Positions 22,686 to 34,581 of a stretch of 64,000 bases of DNA are shown piece after piece. The position numbers and the translations under genes were made by a program. Within the stretch, counting starts at the first letter, position 1, and every line of letters begins with the position of its first letter. The stretch spans positions 3,968,001 to 4,032,000 of the forward strand of contig CM060731.1 of assembly GCA_030704615.1 (NCBI GenBank), in the 5' to 3' direction. This stretch comes from Takakia lepidozioides. Its lineage: Eukaryota; Plantae; Bryophyta. The notes under the pieces are model-generated. The model was not told the origin of the DNA and did no database searches. It worked only from the letters and a program-made list of their open reading frames with translations.

Positions 22686-25600
22686 TTAAGAGATCACATC
22701 CCATCTCCATATACAGCCATCGTCACAGCAACACAAGATAGTGCTGCACAAGCCCCAACCCCCACCAGAAAGACTTCAGAATGATCAAAGTGGCCTTTTT
22801 ACTCCTCTTTTTGCTTTCTATGCACTCACTCAAAGGAATAGGTGAGAGGCGCTCACCTGCCATCGAAGGATGTGGCTGTCTGCCGAATTGGAGACTTGCA
22901 TTGTGAATGTATTAGCCTGCACAAGAATCTTGCTGTTAATAGAGCTATATGCCCAATGGGTCCACAACCACGCAAGTCCAATAATGGAGCAAATGGCTTC
23001 GTCCTGCTAACCGCAAGTTGACTATGTGGAGGAGAGGATTCTAGACTTACCTGGCAATTAACTTGGGAGGGCTGGACTGTGCATCCCACACTAACACCTT
23101 GCCTTCCCTGTTTCCTGTTCAAACAAGGGGATGTAATATTCCCATGTTGCGATCCCACCGAGACAAATTTACCAGAATGAGAGGGAAAGAAAAGCAGGTT
23201 GTTATGAAGAAGTACAATGACCAATGGGCTTGTTGATATCACTGCCTGCCAATGGAAGCCACTTGAGATTGCTTAATCCAATGTGAAATGCTAGGAAATG
23301 AGCATGAACTACCTCACTCAGAGCCTGCTTGTAGAAGGAGAGATGCGAAATGCCAGCAAATGAGTAGGAGAGATGAAACCAAAGGTCCAGTAAAAACCAA
23401 AACAAACATGTAGTCTACGCTTGCAGTGTAACTCACCAATTGCAAGTGTGTTAAAGTGGAAGTCGCAAGAGAACTTGATGAACCAAATGTCGCATTCCGG
23501 CACAGGGTACTTTTGCAATACATCAACTTTTCCCTGTTGATAAATTCCCAAACAATGTGAACAACACCAATGAAAGACACCACACAATACCCTGCCATAC
23601 AGTGGGTCATTGAATGCCCCACAAAGTGTAACACTGTGGTCATGCTGACAGACTGCTGCTCTGAATCAAGTAATGAAAGACCCACCACTTTGCTTTCTTC
23701 ACCAATGAAGCCGCGAAGGAATACAGACGTTCAATGAAGGTGTTGCATTGGGTACCTGGCCTCTCTACGGCTGCTCTCTCACGCTGTTACAGAAACATAC
23801 AGAAAAGGCTCAAAGAGATGCACCTCATTAGAAATTCTTCTAGTATCTGTATAGAGTGGCTCCCATAATACTATTTCGTTGTCCACACTCTGCATCACAG
23901 AGACAAAAAGCAGGCGCACTTCAGATGAATCAAGGTAATGTACGGATGTCTTGACAAACGTGGTGGATAAGCTCAATGACCACCCTGTCGAAATATTTGT
24001 ACAGCAATTATTTCTCAAACTGTCATAACCCAACCCAGTCATCACATAGTTTTTTCTGTGATACATCTCTCTATCCTTGAGTGCAAACCAACATTGACTT
24101 TTGGAATCTGGTAGACAAGTTCACCTTGGAGAGAATGAAGTCACCAAGCCAGCGTGTGCAATCCACGTAGTTGGAATGCACAAGAGCACTAAACACCTGC
24201 CTCCCACCCCCACTTCAAGATTCCATCCAGTTCTCTCTCTCTCAAGTTCCTTTCTTCTTCTGCCTGTATTTCTACCACATATGTTTCTATCAGGGTAAGT
24301 CCCACTACTGGAGCGAGACCCTCACAAAGGTAGTGTCTGTCCCCTTTTGTTCTGCCCAAACTGGGCACGGCCACAAGGCTATGGTAAACAGCATATTATG
24401 AGTACATTCTATTTCTCCAATATTCCTTTCTGTTTTAGTCAAGCTAGAGTAAATGTGGCGATACTAAATGTGGCGGTACATGTTGAGACTGTCAACTAAC
24501 GGCAAGGCAGTAAAATTTGACAAGGACAATACCACAAGACTACCACTCTGTATCAATGACAATATAGTTCTCTCTCTCTCGCCCTCTTTGCCCTTAAACC
24601 CTGGTGGGTGCGAGCCCCACAAAAAGCTCCGGGAGGGTTAGTTTCCCTCGGGGACAATGGCTGTAAGGCTGTGATCGCCAACGTTTGCAGGGAACGGCAT
24701 GAGTACATTCTCTCTTTGCCCGTTCCCTTTCTTTGTTCCTGTACCTCTGTTTTACCAACTTTGAAAGTCTCGTGGCTGAGCCAAAAGCCCAGGGATTTCG
24801 AGAGGATATCTGGAAAACTCGGATCAATTATCTGTTTCAAGGTAAGTCATGCTACCGGTGTCAGCCCCTACATTCTCTTTGCCCTCTCCACACCATAGTG
24901 ACTCGCGATACCACATGTATCACATATGCTATCTACAGGTGTGTCCTAGCATAAGATCCGATAAACCCAGAGATGGATGGTCATCAGCTGTTGACTTTCC
25001 TACCCTGATCATGACAATTCTGCGATGAGATAGACTGCAAGTAGTACCCCTGAGGGAAGATAATACCCAACTGAACTACGTCTGTTGCATATACATCACC
25101 TCCTAAGAACCTCAGTCAGATGATAGCAAAGAAGGTTTCTTACGGGCAACTGGATGTACTTGGTGGGAAACTTGGACGGTACGTCTGTCCATGTGAATGA
25201 CATTTCTACGTACTTCCAAAAATCTGCATTTTTACCATCCCAAAACTGACACCATAATCATTGTGCTCAAGATAAATTCTACAAATAAACTCATGTGCAA
25301 CTGCTGATCTAGCTTCTTTTGACAATTTTTTTTCTCTCTCCTTGTCTCTCTGTCCCATTCACTCACACACACCAATGTGAACATCAAGAAGTTTCCTTGT
25401 TTCTTTCTCAATAAGCACTGGGCTGTCCAAAGGGGCTATGGCAGCAATGCCACAGCAAGACCAATCAGATGAATACACTTCTTTAGACACACAAACGCAC
25501 ACAACGCACACCTTTCAGTGACCAGATCTTGATAGTGTTATCCATCCCGCAGCTTGCAATCTGAAGAACGTCTGATGGATGGAAGTCCTGCATCAGTCAC

Positions 25601-28400
25601 CCAGTCAAAAAATTAGAGAAATTCAACTGGTTCAACTTGACATGGACGTCACTCTCTTCTCTGGTAGCGGCTATTTTTTCAGTCGGGGTTAAAGTCTCGA
25701 TAGAAGCCTGTGCAGGCCATTTGACTGGTATGCATCCATGCTTCAGAGTGTCAAAGCAGTTATTTCTCCTATTTAACTACAAAGCTTACCTAATTCAGCA
25801 GCCAAGAGCTTGAACAATTTGTTGCAGTCCGCCCCCTTATGCAGTGCACCTTATCTTACTCGTTGGCTCATATTGTTAGCAGGTATAAATTATTTCAGGT
25901 TGAAAGGACCAACCACACTGAGGACTTCGTTGCGGTGTCCACTAGCTCCAGCAAAGATGAGCACACATACACCCGTGTTCACATTCCATAGTCTCACTGA
26001 CTCATCCTGAGCCAGCCAAATAGCAAAACCTTTAACATTGCTTTCTATGAACTGATCTAGCCTGGAGTTCACATGGTAAGCCCTTGCCAAAGATACGTTA
26101 CAAACAAGAAATCTGCGTTCATATTCTCCTGCTGCAAACTCATTTTTGCAGGCCCACTCTCCCTCCACTTTCCATCTCTCTTTACATATGACTGAGTAGC
26201 TATCACACCAATATCATGTCAACTCAACTTCCCCCATATCCAGCACCGAGTCCACCCACCTCTGAAATAAAGCATAAGAAGCGATGAAGAAGTACCTTGC
26301 TTGCTGATGCAATTAGGCAAGGTTTCAATGTCTGGGTGCGCAGTTCATTCACAGAGTCTCCATGCCCAACAAAGCTCTGATGCAACAAGTATTATTGAAT
26401 TTGTAAACAGTTGGGAAGATGTAAATGTGTTTCCTTCCCCCATTGTCTACTGCCCAAATTTATGGATTTGAGCAAAAGTTTCTGGCGATATTCCAAATTG
26501 GCCATAAATGATGGTCTGAGGAGATCCCCACCACAAGCTGTAGTTGAGTTTGCATCCTGTAGGGCCTGTTGTTGGAAAAATACACTAATCCCATGTTTCT
26601 GCCAGGAATGGCCAATAGATATCCTCTCTCTCACAGGCACACGCAACCACCAGCTTGAGAAATACAGTGAGGTTCAGACTAAGAACCTAACACAGGCAGG
26701 GCTGAGGACTCCAAGAATACCTTGAGGAGCTTTTCTTTACCACTATCGACAATTCGTATCACACCCTTGCTTCCACTAACAGCAAGTACTGGTGAGCCCT
26801 TGTCACCCACTGCCCAGCTAACAGTGTAGAATTCCTCGTCTTTCTGTCCCACCACCAATACGAAAATGGTGATCTTAATCTGAACTCTCCAGCAACCAAA
26901 GAATTGCAAGCATCACAATAGCCACATGATTCCTCTGTGTGTGTGCATCATCTTGGTCACATATTGAATGCCTTGCAGTATAAATAATGCATAGTTTTGG
27001 TATAAACATGCAACGCTATGGGGGCTTAAACTCCAGTGAGGTAAGTGATGAAGGGGGCAATACTGCAATCTTACCTTAACTATTTTGGACGCTTTTCCAG
27101 CACTACATGTTCATGCATTAAATAGAAGTAGATAAAATCAAGAACCATTTGCTCCTAGCCTGCACAGCAGCTCAGTCACATCCAGAGTACAAAATGCGGG
27201 TCATAGGCGACCAGGGTTTTGGGTTTAACGTTGACACTAAAGGATGAGCAAGGCAACAGGCAGCAAAGCCTTGTCAGCAACTGCTTTGGAGTCACTGCAA
27301 TAACTATGGACAATAGTCTTGCGGTTGATGGCCCTGATTACCTCTCTTCGTTAGCCGTTGACCTTCAACCATCCTCACGAAGCCCTCAAAAGTTGCGAAC
27401 GATACCAACAGTGTACAGGATCAGTTGTCAATAACATATTTTCAATAACTCACCAAGAATTTCTTACGGTCGACCACTTACTTCCTTCTACAGTCATCAC
27501 CTCCTTTGTGAAACTAAGATTTCCTTGTGAAGAGGAGGACTACTGAACCACTTTGCTACTGAGCCGTACCACCTTCTTGTCGCAGAAGTCCCAACAGGTG
27601 CAAGACCAACATAACAGAAAAAACGCTCCCAGTGAAGGTAAGTGTCCATACATCCTCATCGACATATGCTTGCAGAACTGCCACTGCACCTCCCTCCGCC
27701 AAGCACTGGTACACCGTAACCTACACCCTCCATCAGTTCCCGCCAAGATTACACTGCTACCTCAACACACAATTCACTCACAAAGTGTGCGTTTAAGAAT
27801 ACTCTCAGTGATATAAGACACAACTACCACAATGCGAGTTTCAATCTTTATCGATTGAAATTCTCCAAAACAAAGTCTGAAAATTTGAACTTTGCACATT
27901 TCTACCAAATAACCTGGGAGACCAAAGAGCGCTTTAAAAAAGCTACACGGTCGTGATAGTTGGATAGAACAGAAAGAAAATGTCCCCTACACTAGCGCCG
28001 GCGAGGGCAGCAACCTGGTATGTATCTGTGGAAGAGAGTGACGCGGCTAGCAGAAGCAGGTCTTTCAGGAAGGCGCTACGAACTAAAGCAGAGCAGGCTC
28101 GAATTCGGTAGATTGCGAAACAAATTCAATTCTCTAAAAAATCTCCCCACAGCACAGATCAAGTGGAAGGAAGAGAGAGACTCGATTTCCACCAGCCGAA
28201 GCAAACACATTGTGGAAGCGAGAGTCGATGAGATTGAAGCAGATTGCATACAGAGGCCGCTTCCCTTCCTGCAGCCGGTTAGTGACTTTATAATCTCGCT
28301 TCTTCTCTCCCTCGATCATATCCCCTACCACCGCTTCCGTTCCCACTCTTCCTGGCCTTCCTGCCACGGAATGACCTGGTCCAGATACTTTGAGCGCCAT
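22686..28400 (-). CDS. FIE: Polycomb PRC2 WD40 subunit FERTILIZATION-INDEPENDENT ENDOSPERM (ESC/EED homolog), 13 coding exons
   Basis: Exons translate to KVTNRLQEGKRPLYA, VTVYQCL, KDEEFYTVSW, SFVGHGDSVNE, DESVRLWNV, DFHPSD, VHSNYVDCTRWLGDFILSK, SVDNEIVLWEP, CDIWFIKFSCDFH, GNREGK, SPIRQTATSFDG and TILCCCDDGCIWRWD*. All introns are GT-AG. Confidence 0.97.
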
Positions 28401-28712
28401 CGCTCGCAACGAAGAAGCAGAATTCGTGGATGCAGATCAGACGCTGCGATACACGGCGGCTTCTCTCTGCAAGACTCTCCCATGAGATCGGCCCGCCTTC
28501 CATCTGTAGCCTTCGAAAAACCGACGAGAAACGACGAGCATCATTTTATCGTCCATATTGTAGGCAATATCTCGTCCGAATCCCTGAGAAGTGACGAAAT
28601 GAATCATTTCGTCCGATCTCTTTAACGACCGTGTCTCATCGAGAAGTTAGTGATCGTCGTCATGTCATGAGGTGGCATGAGGTCGCATGACCTGACGACG
28701 ATCCATTCCACC

Positions 28713-28746
28713 AGAGAGAGAGGGAGAGAGAGAGAGAGAGAGAGAG
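28713..28746. repeat. (GA)n microsatellite in the FIE / F-box divergent promoter
   Basis: agagagagagggagagagagagagagagagagag. Confidence 0.85.
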
Positions 28747-29321
28747 GAAGGAAGCTCTGAAACGGAGAAAGACGGCTGGGGGAATCTAGAGGGAAAATCG
28801 AGGAGGCAACGCTGCTAGTTGAAGGGGATTGGAGCCTCCCCACTTCTGTAATTTCACTGTCTCTGTCGTCTTGGTCCTATCTCTCTTTTCCCCCTGTCCT
28901 CTGTCTCGCTCATCCCTGAATTGCTCTTTGGTGGGTCGCATTGACCTTTGACATTTAGAGGGCAATTGAAGTTTGTTTTTACTTCTTCCGGGAATGGGTT
29001 CTTGTTCTTTGGAAAGTGTCATAATACTCAGCCATCGGTCAATCCGAATCAGCGCTAGCTGCGATCGTTGTTAACGGGGAGTTTGAATTGGAAGTCAATT
29101 TTTTCACATCCATGTCTGCGTCCTGCCTGATGATAGATTCTGCGCACTGAAGGTTTCAGAAACCTTGTGTGCCAGCTAATGGAAGGTTTATTCTGAACAG
29201 TGCTCATGTCATTCCAAGGATTCTGTGTTAGTCTTCCTTCCAGATTTTCTTTTCTCCAGTGGGAGAATGTGAATTGCGGCTTTTGTAAAATTCGAACGGA
29301 GCATTGTTAGAGACAGGCAAC

Positions 29322-30499
29322 ATGAATCTGGCAGAGCTTCCAGAGGATTGCGTAGTATCTATCATCTCCCATACTAGCCCCTTCGACGCAGCCCGGTTGG
29401 CTTGCGTGTGCTCTGCTTTCAAGGTAGCAGTTGAATCCGACAGTGTGTGGGAGAATTTCTTGCCGTTTGATTACAAAACCATTTGTGGGAACATTCCTGA
29501 AAATAGAACCAAGAAGCAAATTGTAATGGTCATGGCGGACGGTGTGTTCCTGCAACACGAACTTCAAAAGTACGTCCTACTGCGGCGCTCAGGGGGCGTG
29601 TGTAGGATGCTGTCAGTGGCTGCCATGGACGTAGTATGGGGCCAGGATAATCGGTTTTGGCGGTGGGAACAATCACGAAGCTCTTGCTTCGGCCAGGTAT
29701 CTCTCTGTCTTTACACACTCTGAAATATTTTAACGAACATGCTGTGGGTGCGTCCATTGTCCTTTTCTCATTTGTGGCTTGATTAGTGTTTCCTTCTAAG
29801 AACAAGGAGGATCGTTGGTTGGGTAAGGTTTTTGTTGAGAAGTGGGCTTCATGAAGTCACGGAGGCAGTGGGTCCCCACAAATCATCCGTTTCTTTCTCG
29901 TCTAAAGCGTGCGTGGCTGCTAAGGTTAGAGGGCGGGGGTTGTTCCCTGTATGATGAGCGGGGCCTTTCGTACAGCTTTAACTCGTTACAATCACTATCT
30001 TCATCCCTTCTGAAACAACTGTGGTTGCGTCTGTGCACAGGTTGCACATTTGTTGGCAGTTTGCTGGCTAGAAATAAGAGGGAACTGGAGCTGCTCTTTG
30101 CCATCAGGGTCATATTCAGCAGCTTGGCGTCTTCGTGTTGCAAATCCTCAAGGGGGTCGTCTTCATTTCCTTTCCTGGAAGTGTCCGGTAACATTTTCAG
30201 TCTCAATAGGTGACGGTCAAGTGTTGGAAAAGAATCTCAACATGTCAGAGGTTCCCTGTAAGGCGTTTGAGGAATGGTTTGAGTTCGAAGTGGGAGGTTT
30301 TACTGTCCATGGGGACAAACAGACAGTGAAGCAGGTAGATTTACACTATCGTATCAGGGAGACAGATTGCACTTACTGGAAGGGGGGTCTCTTCCTCGAC
30401 TGCTTACGTTTGTGGCCGACTGGGTGTGAAGAGGAAGTGCAACCAAACCGGCATACACAAGCAGTCACCAAAATTCTGCATCGCCCTGGAGTTTTTTAA
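29322..30499 (+). CDS. F-box protein with phloem protein 2 (PP2) lectin domain, 2 exons (29322-29696, 30041-30499)
   Basis: F-box LAELPEDCV..IISHTSPFDAARLACV..SDSVWENFLP. PP2 motifs CRMLS, WGQDNRFWRW, AHLLAVCWLEI, WFEFEVG and WKGGL. The intron is phase 0, GT-AG. Confidence 0.93.
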
Positions 30500-31249
30500 G
30501 GTCTGGAAGTCACAACTGCTTTGGCAGTTTCTTTCCGAGGACCAAAACAGGAAAACCCACAAATCAAATGAAAGCTATGAGATCTAGCAGGTGGAATCAA
30601 CAGATTCAATCACTGGTGGTGGTTAATGCAAGTGTGCAAGGATTTCCACCCGGTCTCAAATTATATCCCAGGCCTCCATCTGGAATAGGACCACTCCCAC
30701 TGACATTCTAGACTTTACTGTGTTGGCTTGTAAAGTATTGTATGTACAAATGAAGGGTATTGCTGAAACCACTTTCCTTGGCACCTGTATAGTATGGCCA
30801 CTATTTGTAGCAGGTGGTCAGGAATTTGTCCTGTGCCCAAGTTGTTTACTCACTACCAGATGTCTATGATGATGAGTTCCCACCCCCCTCTCTCAAAGGA
30901 GCATGGCTGGCATCCAAAAGCCCTTGGCAAACAAGAAGTGCAAAGCTCCAGAACTAACAGAGACTTGCACCAGCCCATCACAAAACTGTGATCACAGAGG
31001 GTGAGAGCCACAAAGGCAGAGAACCAACAGCCTTCCAAAGCCATGAACAGAAGCCCTTGGGCTTCTGAAAGTAACTTAAACCACAAGCAACCTACACCAG
31101 CCCGCCACAGTGAAGTTTCACTGCATGATGAAGCAGGTGAATCTCCCTCAAGTATGAAGTCCAGCTTTACTCCAACCGCACCTCCTTCAAATTCTTTGGA
31201 AGCATTGCACCAACCTGGTCACAGCTGGAGGGAAGAAGGCCTCTCGCAT

Positions 31250-32887
31250 GAAGAAGGCCAGGGTCATCCCACTTTTTCTAGGGCTCCTAGGCTGGCACAT
31301 GCATTTAGAGTGCCAATGACTGTGAGCTTGTTGGGCATCTTTTCAGTTATGAATCTGATATTGATGCTGACTGATACATGTCATTCATCTCAAGTATGGT
31401 AAACCCTCCTGCTGCGTTTGTTCATACATGTGGGATCCCTCCCTAACTACACCCGCCCATGCTGAGCATATCCAGGAGGATCATATATGGCTCAATTCTG
31501 GATTTGATGATGTCAGAGATGGACATCTCTGCCCTTCTCCAGGGATTCTTGCATTGAGATTGCAGATGAGCATAATCATGTAGGGCGTCACCCCTTTCCA
31601 GTTGCATTTTTTTTTTCCATAGCCGTTCAAAGTCTCCCCCATATTCCTGCTTGGCATACCCTGTTATCAGTCTATTCGATGTAAGCATATCTCGCTCAGT
31701 AGAAAAAGCTTGGTATCATGTGGGCGTGCACCTGCTTCCCCCTACTAGAGCTTTCATATTGATGCACTCCTGCAAGATACAGACATAAGCACTGGAGTCT
31801 TCCGCAATGCCTTGTTGGTTCAAAATCTGCAATGCCTCCTTGGGTCGTCACATCCCCACAAGTGTCAGAAGAGTCCTCGTCTCTTCCCTCTCTTGGTCCT
31901 CTTTTGAAAGCAATGGGGATGGTGGACGGCCTACTCCTCGCAGCAGTCTGAGGTCCAATAACAATGCCTCCTGACTCAAAATTGTCACTTACAAATCTTT
32001 GCTCACATCTCACTCAAAGCTCTTAGAAACTTCAAACACAACGAAGAAACGAAGAACTAAGAAAGACACAGAAAGAAAGGCTTCCTTCAACATATGATCA
32101 AGGTTGCAAAACCGTTGCAGACATCGACTTCGAGGGTAGACTGTAAGCATTCTATCCGTTTAACTTGAACCCTTGATGGAAACAATACCGGATGTATTCT
32201 TGGCCTGCAGCTCCATGTTGTACATCCATGTTGTACATCGATATTCACACCATCACCAGTTTGTGCTTTCACCCCCGACTAACTCTCAGTCCAAATGACG
32301 TTCTTTGTGCGCTTATTGCTGAACTCTGGTAATATTTGAGTTTTCTGTGAGGACCACGAGTGGCAGGCTGAGCAGAAATAGCTTCGACCACAGCCTCGCA
32401 TAGACCAGCTACAAACACCAAGCTTCAAGCATTGAAAAAAAAAATGGGACAGCCTTGAACAATCAACTTGTGCTCACAAGGAAGCAGAAGCAGTAACTCT
32501 GGATATGCACTGCTGTACAGGGACACAGAAATGTCTGTCCATCTATGCCCGTGAACCACATATTAAGGAGTTAGCTCCGAATGCTGCCACCTTTTAGACC
32601 AAAATGGACGCAGTTTCTGCTGGTCTGGGTCATGCCTGGATCGATTCTACATACCCAAAGATACCTTTCTTCTCAAGCTGGGCAGGCGTCGCAGGCATCA
32701 CTTGTAAAGGTCTCGGGCCCAGCATTGCCCAGCTGTATGCGCATGTCAGCGCCACAGCCAGTCCAGGCACTAGTCTGCTGCATGATGTGAAGCCTGCAGC
32801 CAGTTCAGCGCGAAGAGAAAACAGGGTCTTGTGTATGGGCTCCGCAGGAGAGCTTTGGTAGTATTCCATGCTTCCTTTGGTCGTCAT
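31250..32887 (-). pseudogene. Decayed paralog of the PDF-PPR family
   Basis: Exon 1 homolog at 32887-32665 (…SCSRL…LEKK|G). Exon 32344-32189 encodes KTQILPEFSNKRTKNVIW…GDGVNIDVQHG. The PPR N-terminal region (KRGPREG…GKQVHAHMI) is followed by broken PLS motifs. Confidence 0.75.
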
Positions 32888-33349
32888 CTTCTCCTATTGC
32901 TCTGAAGTTTTGGGGTATCGTGTGTTTTAGTGATGAGCGTTCCAATTCGGTTGAGATCGTTGGACACCATGAGACCTTTAGTAGTCAATGGCCCTGCAAC
33001 AGACACTCTTATTGCATATTTGAGAGTACCGAGCAGTTCGGTTTAGAATGATGAGATAGAACCGACAACATAGTTACTTACAAAGTGGCTCATGCCCTTG
33101 GGCCCTTCCATCATCTGAACCAGTTAACTCCCAGAAATATGACTACCTAGGTATATGACTTCAATTCTGGGAGGAGGTTACTGCAATGAACTGAAAGGCT
33201 CTTCTTCATTAATGAGTGCCAAACCTGGGAAAATGATCAAGTCAATCTGAAAGCATGAGTGGGAAGTAGATAGAATAGCTGTGTGCCCAGCAAAACGCCC
33301 TTCAATCTTTCCACACATCTCTGCAACAGGTTTCAGTGACATCACCATT

Positions 33350-34560
33350 GTTTTTCAATTCCAAACCTCTTCATCTGGTTGGATTTGCATTTTGTGAAAG
33401 AAAGCCTGCTGTCCCATCCAATCACCCTGCACATGGTCAACCATTCCACCAATCGCTCCACCATCTGAGTAAGTGTTCTGAACTCATGCGATCAAAGTAA
33501 TGTTGCTGCCATCTGCTACGCCAGGCCCACCTCTACTTCTTGGACCAAGTGCAGTGGATGGTGTTGTGTAGTCCAACCTTCCTTATGTGTTTCGTGGTTG
33601 TTTGTCATGTTAGTCTCTTTTGACAACTCCCTCGGCGGCTGTGAGGGTCCTCCTCTAGAATAGAAAATTTTAAGTCTCACTATAAAGTCAAGGAGAGAGC
33701 TACTTTTAATGGCTCCCAATTGCTTGGTCAAACCTTTGTTCACTCCAAAACTAGAGCACAATAAACATTTACAGCTTGCATTTTTGTTGCTGGATGGTGC
33801 AGTTGCAGCCATGAAGTCCGTAGTGGCATTTGCAACGCGTCAACCATTCATCTATCCTCATGTGGACTGTAGACAAGTCCAGAACCATGCAGCAGGTTAA
33901 TCGACTTTTAATGAGACTTCACACCGTATTTACAGCATCCTAGACTCTAATTCCTGTTCAAGGTGCACAAATAAATGGCTACCTGCAAATAGAGAGTCCA
34001 GTTTCAACCCTTCCAGTTGCATTTGTTGTAATAGTTGGAGCCCAGCATATGCTGGCACTCATCACACTCCATAAGCCCAGATTTTATTCCGCCATATTGT
34101 CGAATGCCCCATTATGGAGTCCATTCCCCAAGCGTACTCTCCAATCAACTTATGGCACAAGTTCCAGCTTGACTTTAACATGGCCTTCATTCCCTTTTTA
34201 CATTGATGTGACCATGTCCTGCGCCAACCCTTCCTGTTCTCCAAAGAATCCCTACCGCCCGTGCTGGATATATCCCTCAATCATGGCTCCCATGGACAAC
34301 ATCTCCTCCATGAGCCATGCCGTCGAACATTTGACGAGCAGCCTTAGGATCCATTTTGTGTACATTTAGCACTCTCTGGAATGACATCAGGCACAATTTG
34401 ACCCCGCTGATGCTAGGAAGGGTACTACCTGGTCGGTTGAGGGGAATATCAAGGGTGCCTCCAGCCAGGTTGTGTCAAGAGGTGAAAAACCCACTTGAAC
34501 TTTTCCAGGGTTTCAAGCTTGGCACACGCATTAATGATTCAAATAAAAATGACAATGTCC
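33350..34560 (-). pseudogene. Heavily degenerate PLS-PPR tract following the broken E1 of the 573-aa ORF
   Basis: Fragments DIVIFI*IINACAKLETLEK, ARQMFDGMA, AMIEGYIQHG and FFHKMQIQPDEEVW. Confidence 0.55.
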
Positions 34561-34581
34561 CTGTCAACACTTGCCTTTGCA

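Noticed and set aside
28020-28625. 201-aa plus-strand ORF
   Set aside because: Antisense shadow of FIE exon 1 and its 5' UTR.
33000-34580. DYW or DYW:KP deaminase domain after the PPR ORF
   Set aside because: No HxE(x)nCxxC signature or PG box was found by eye, only degenerate PPR fragments.
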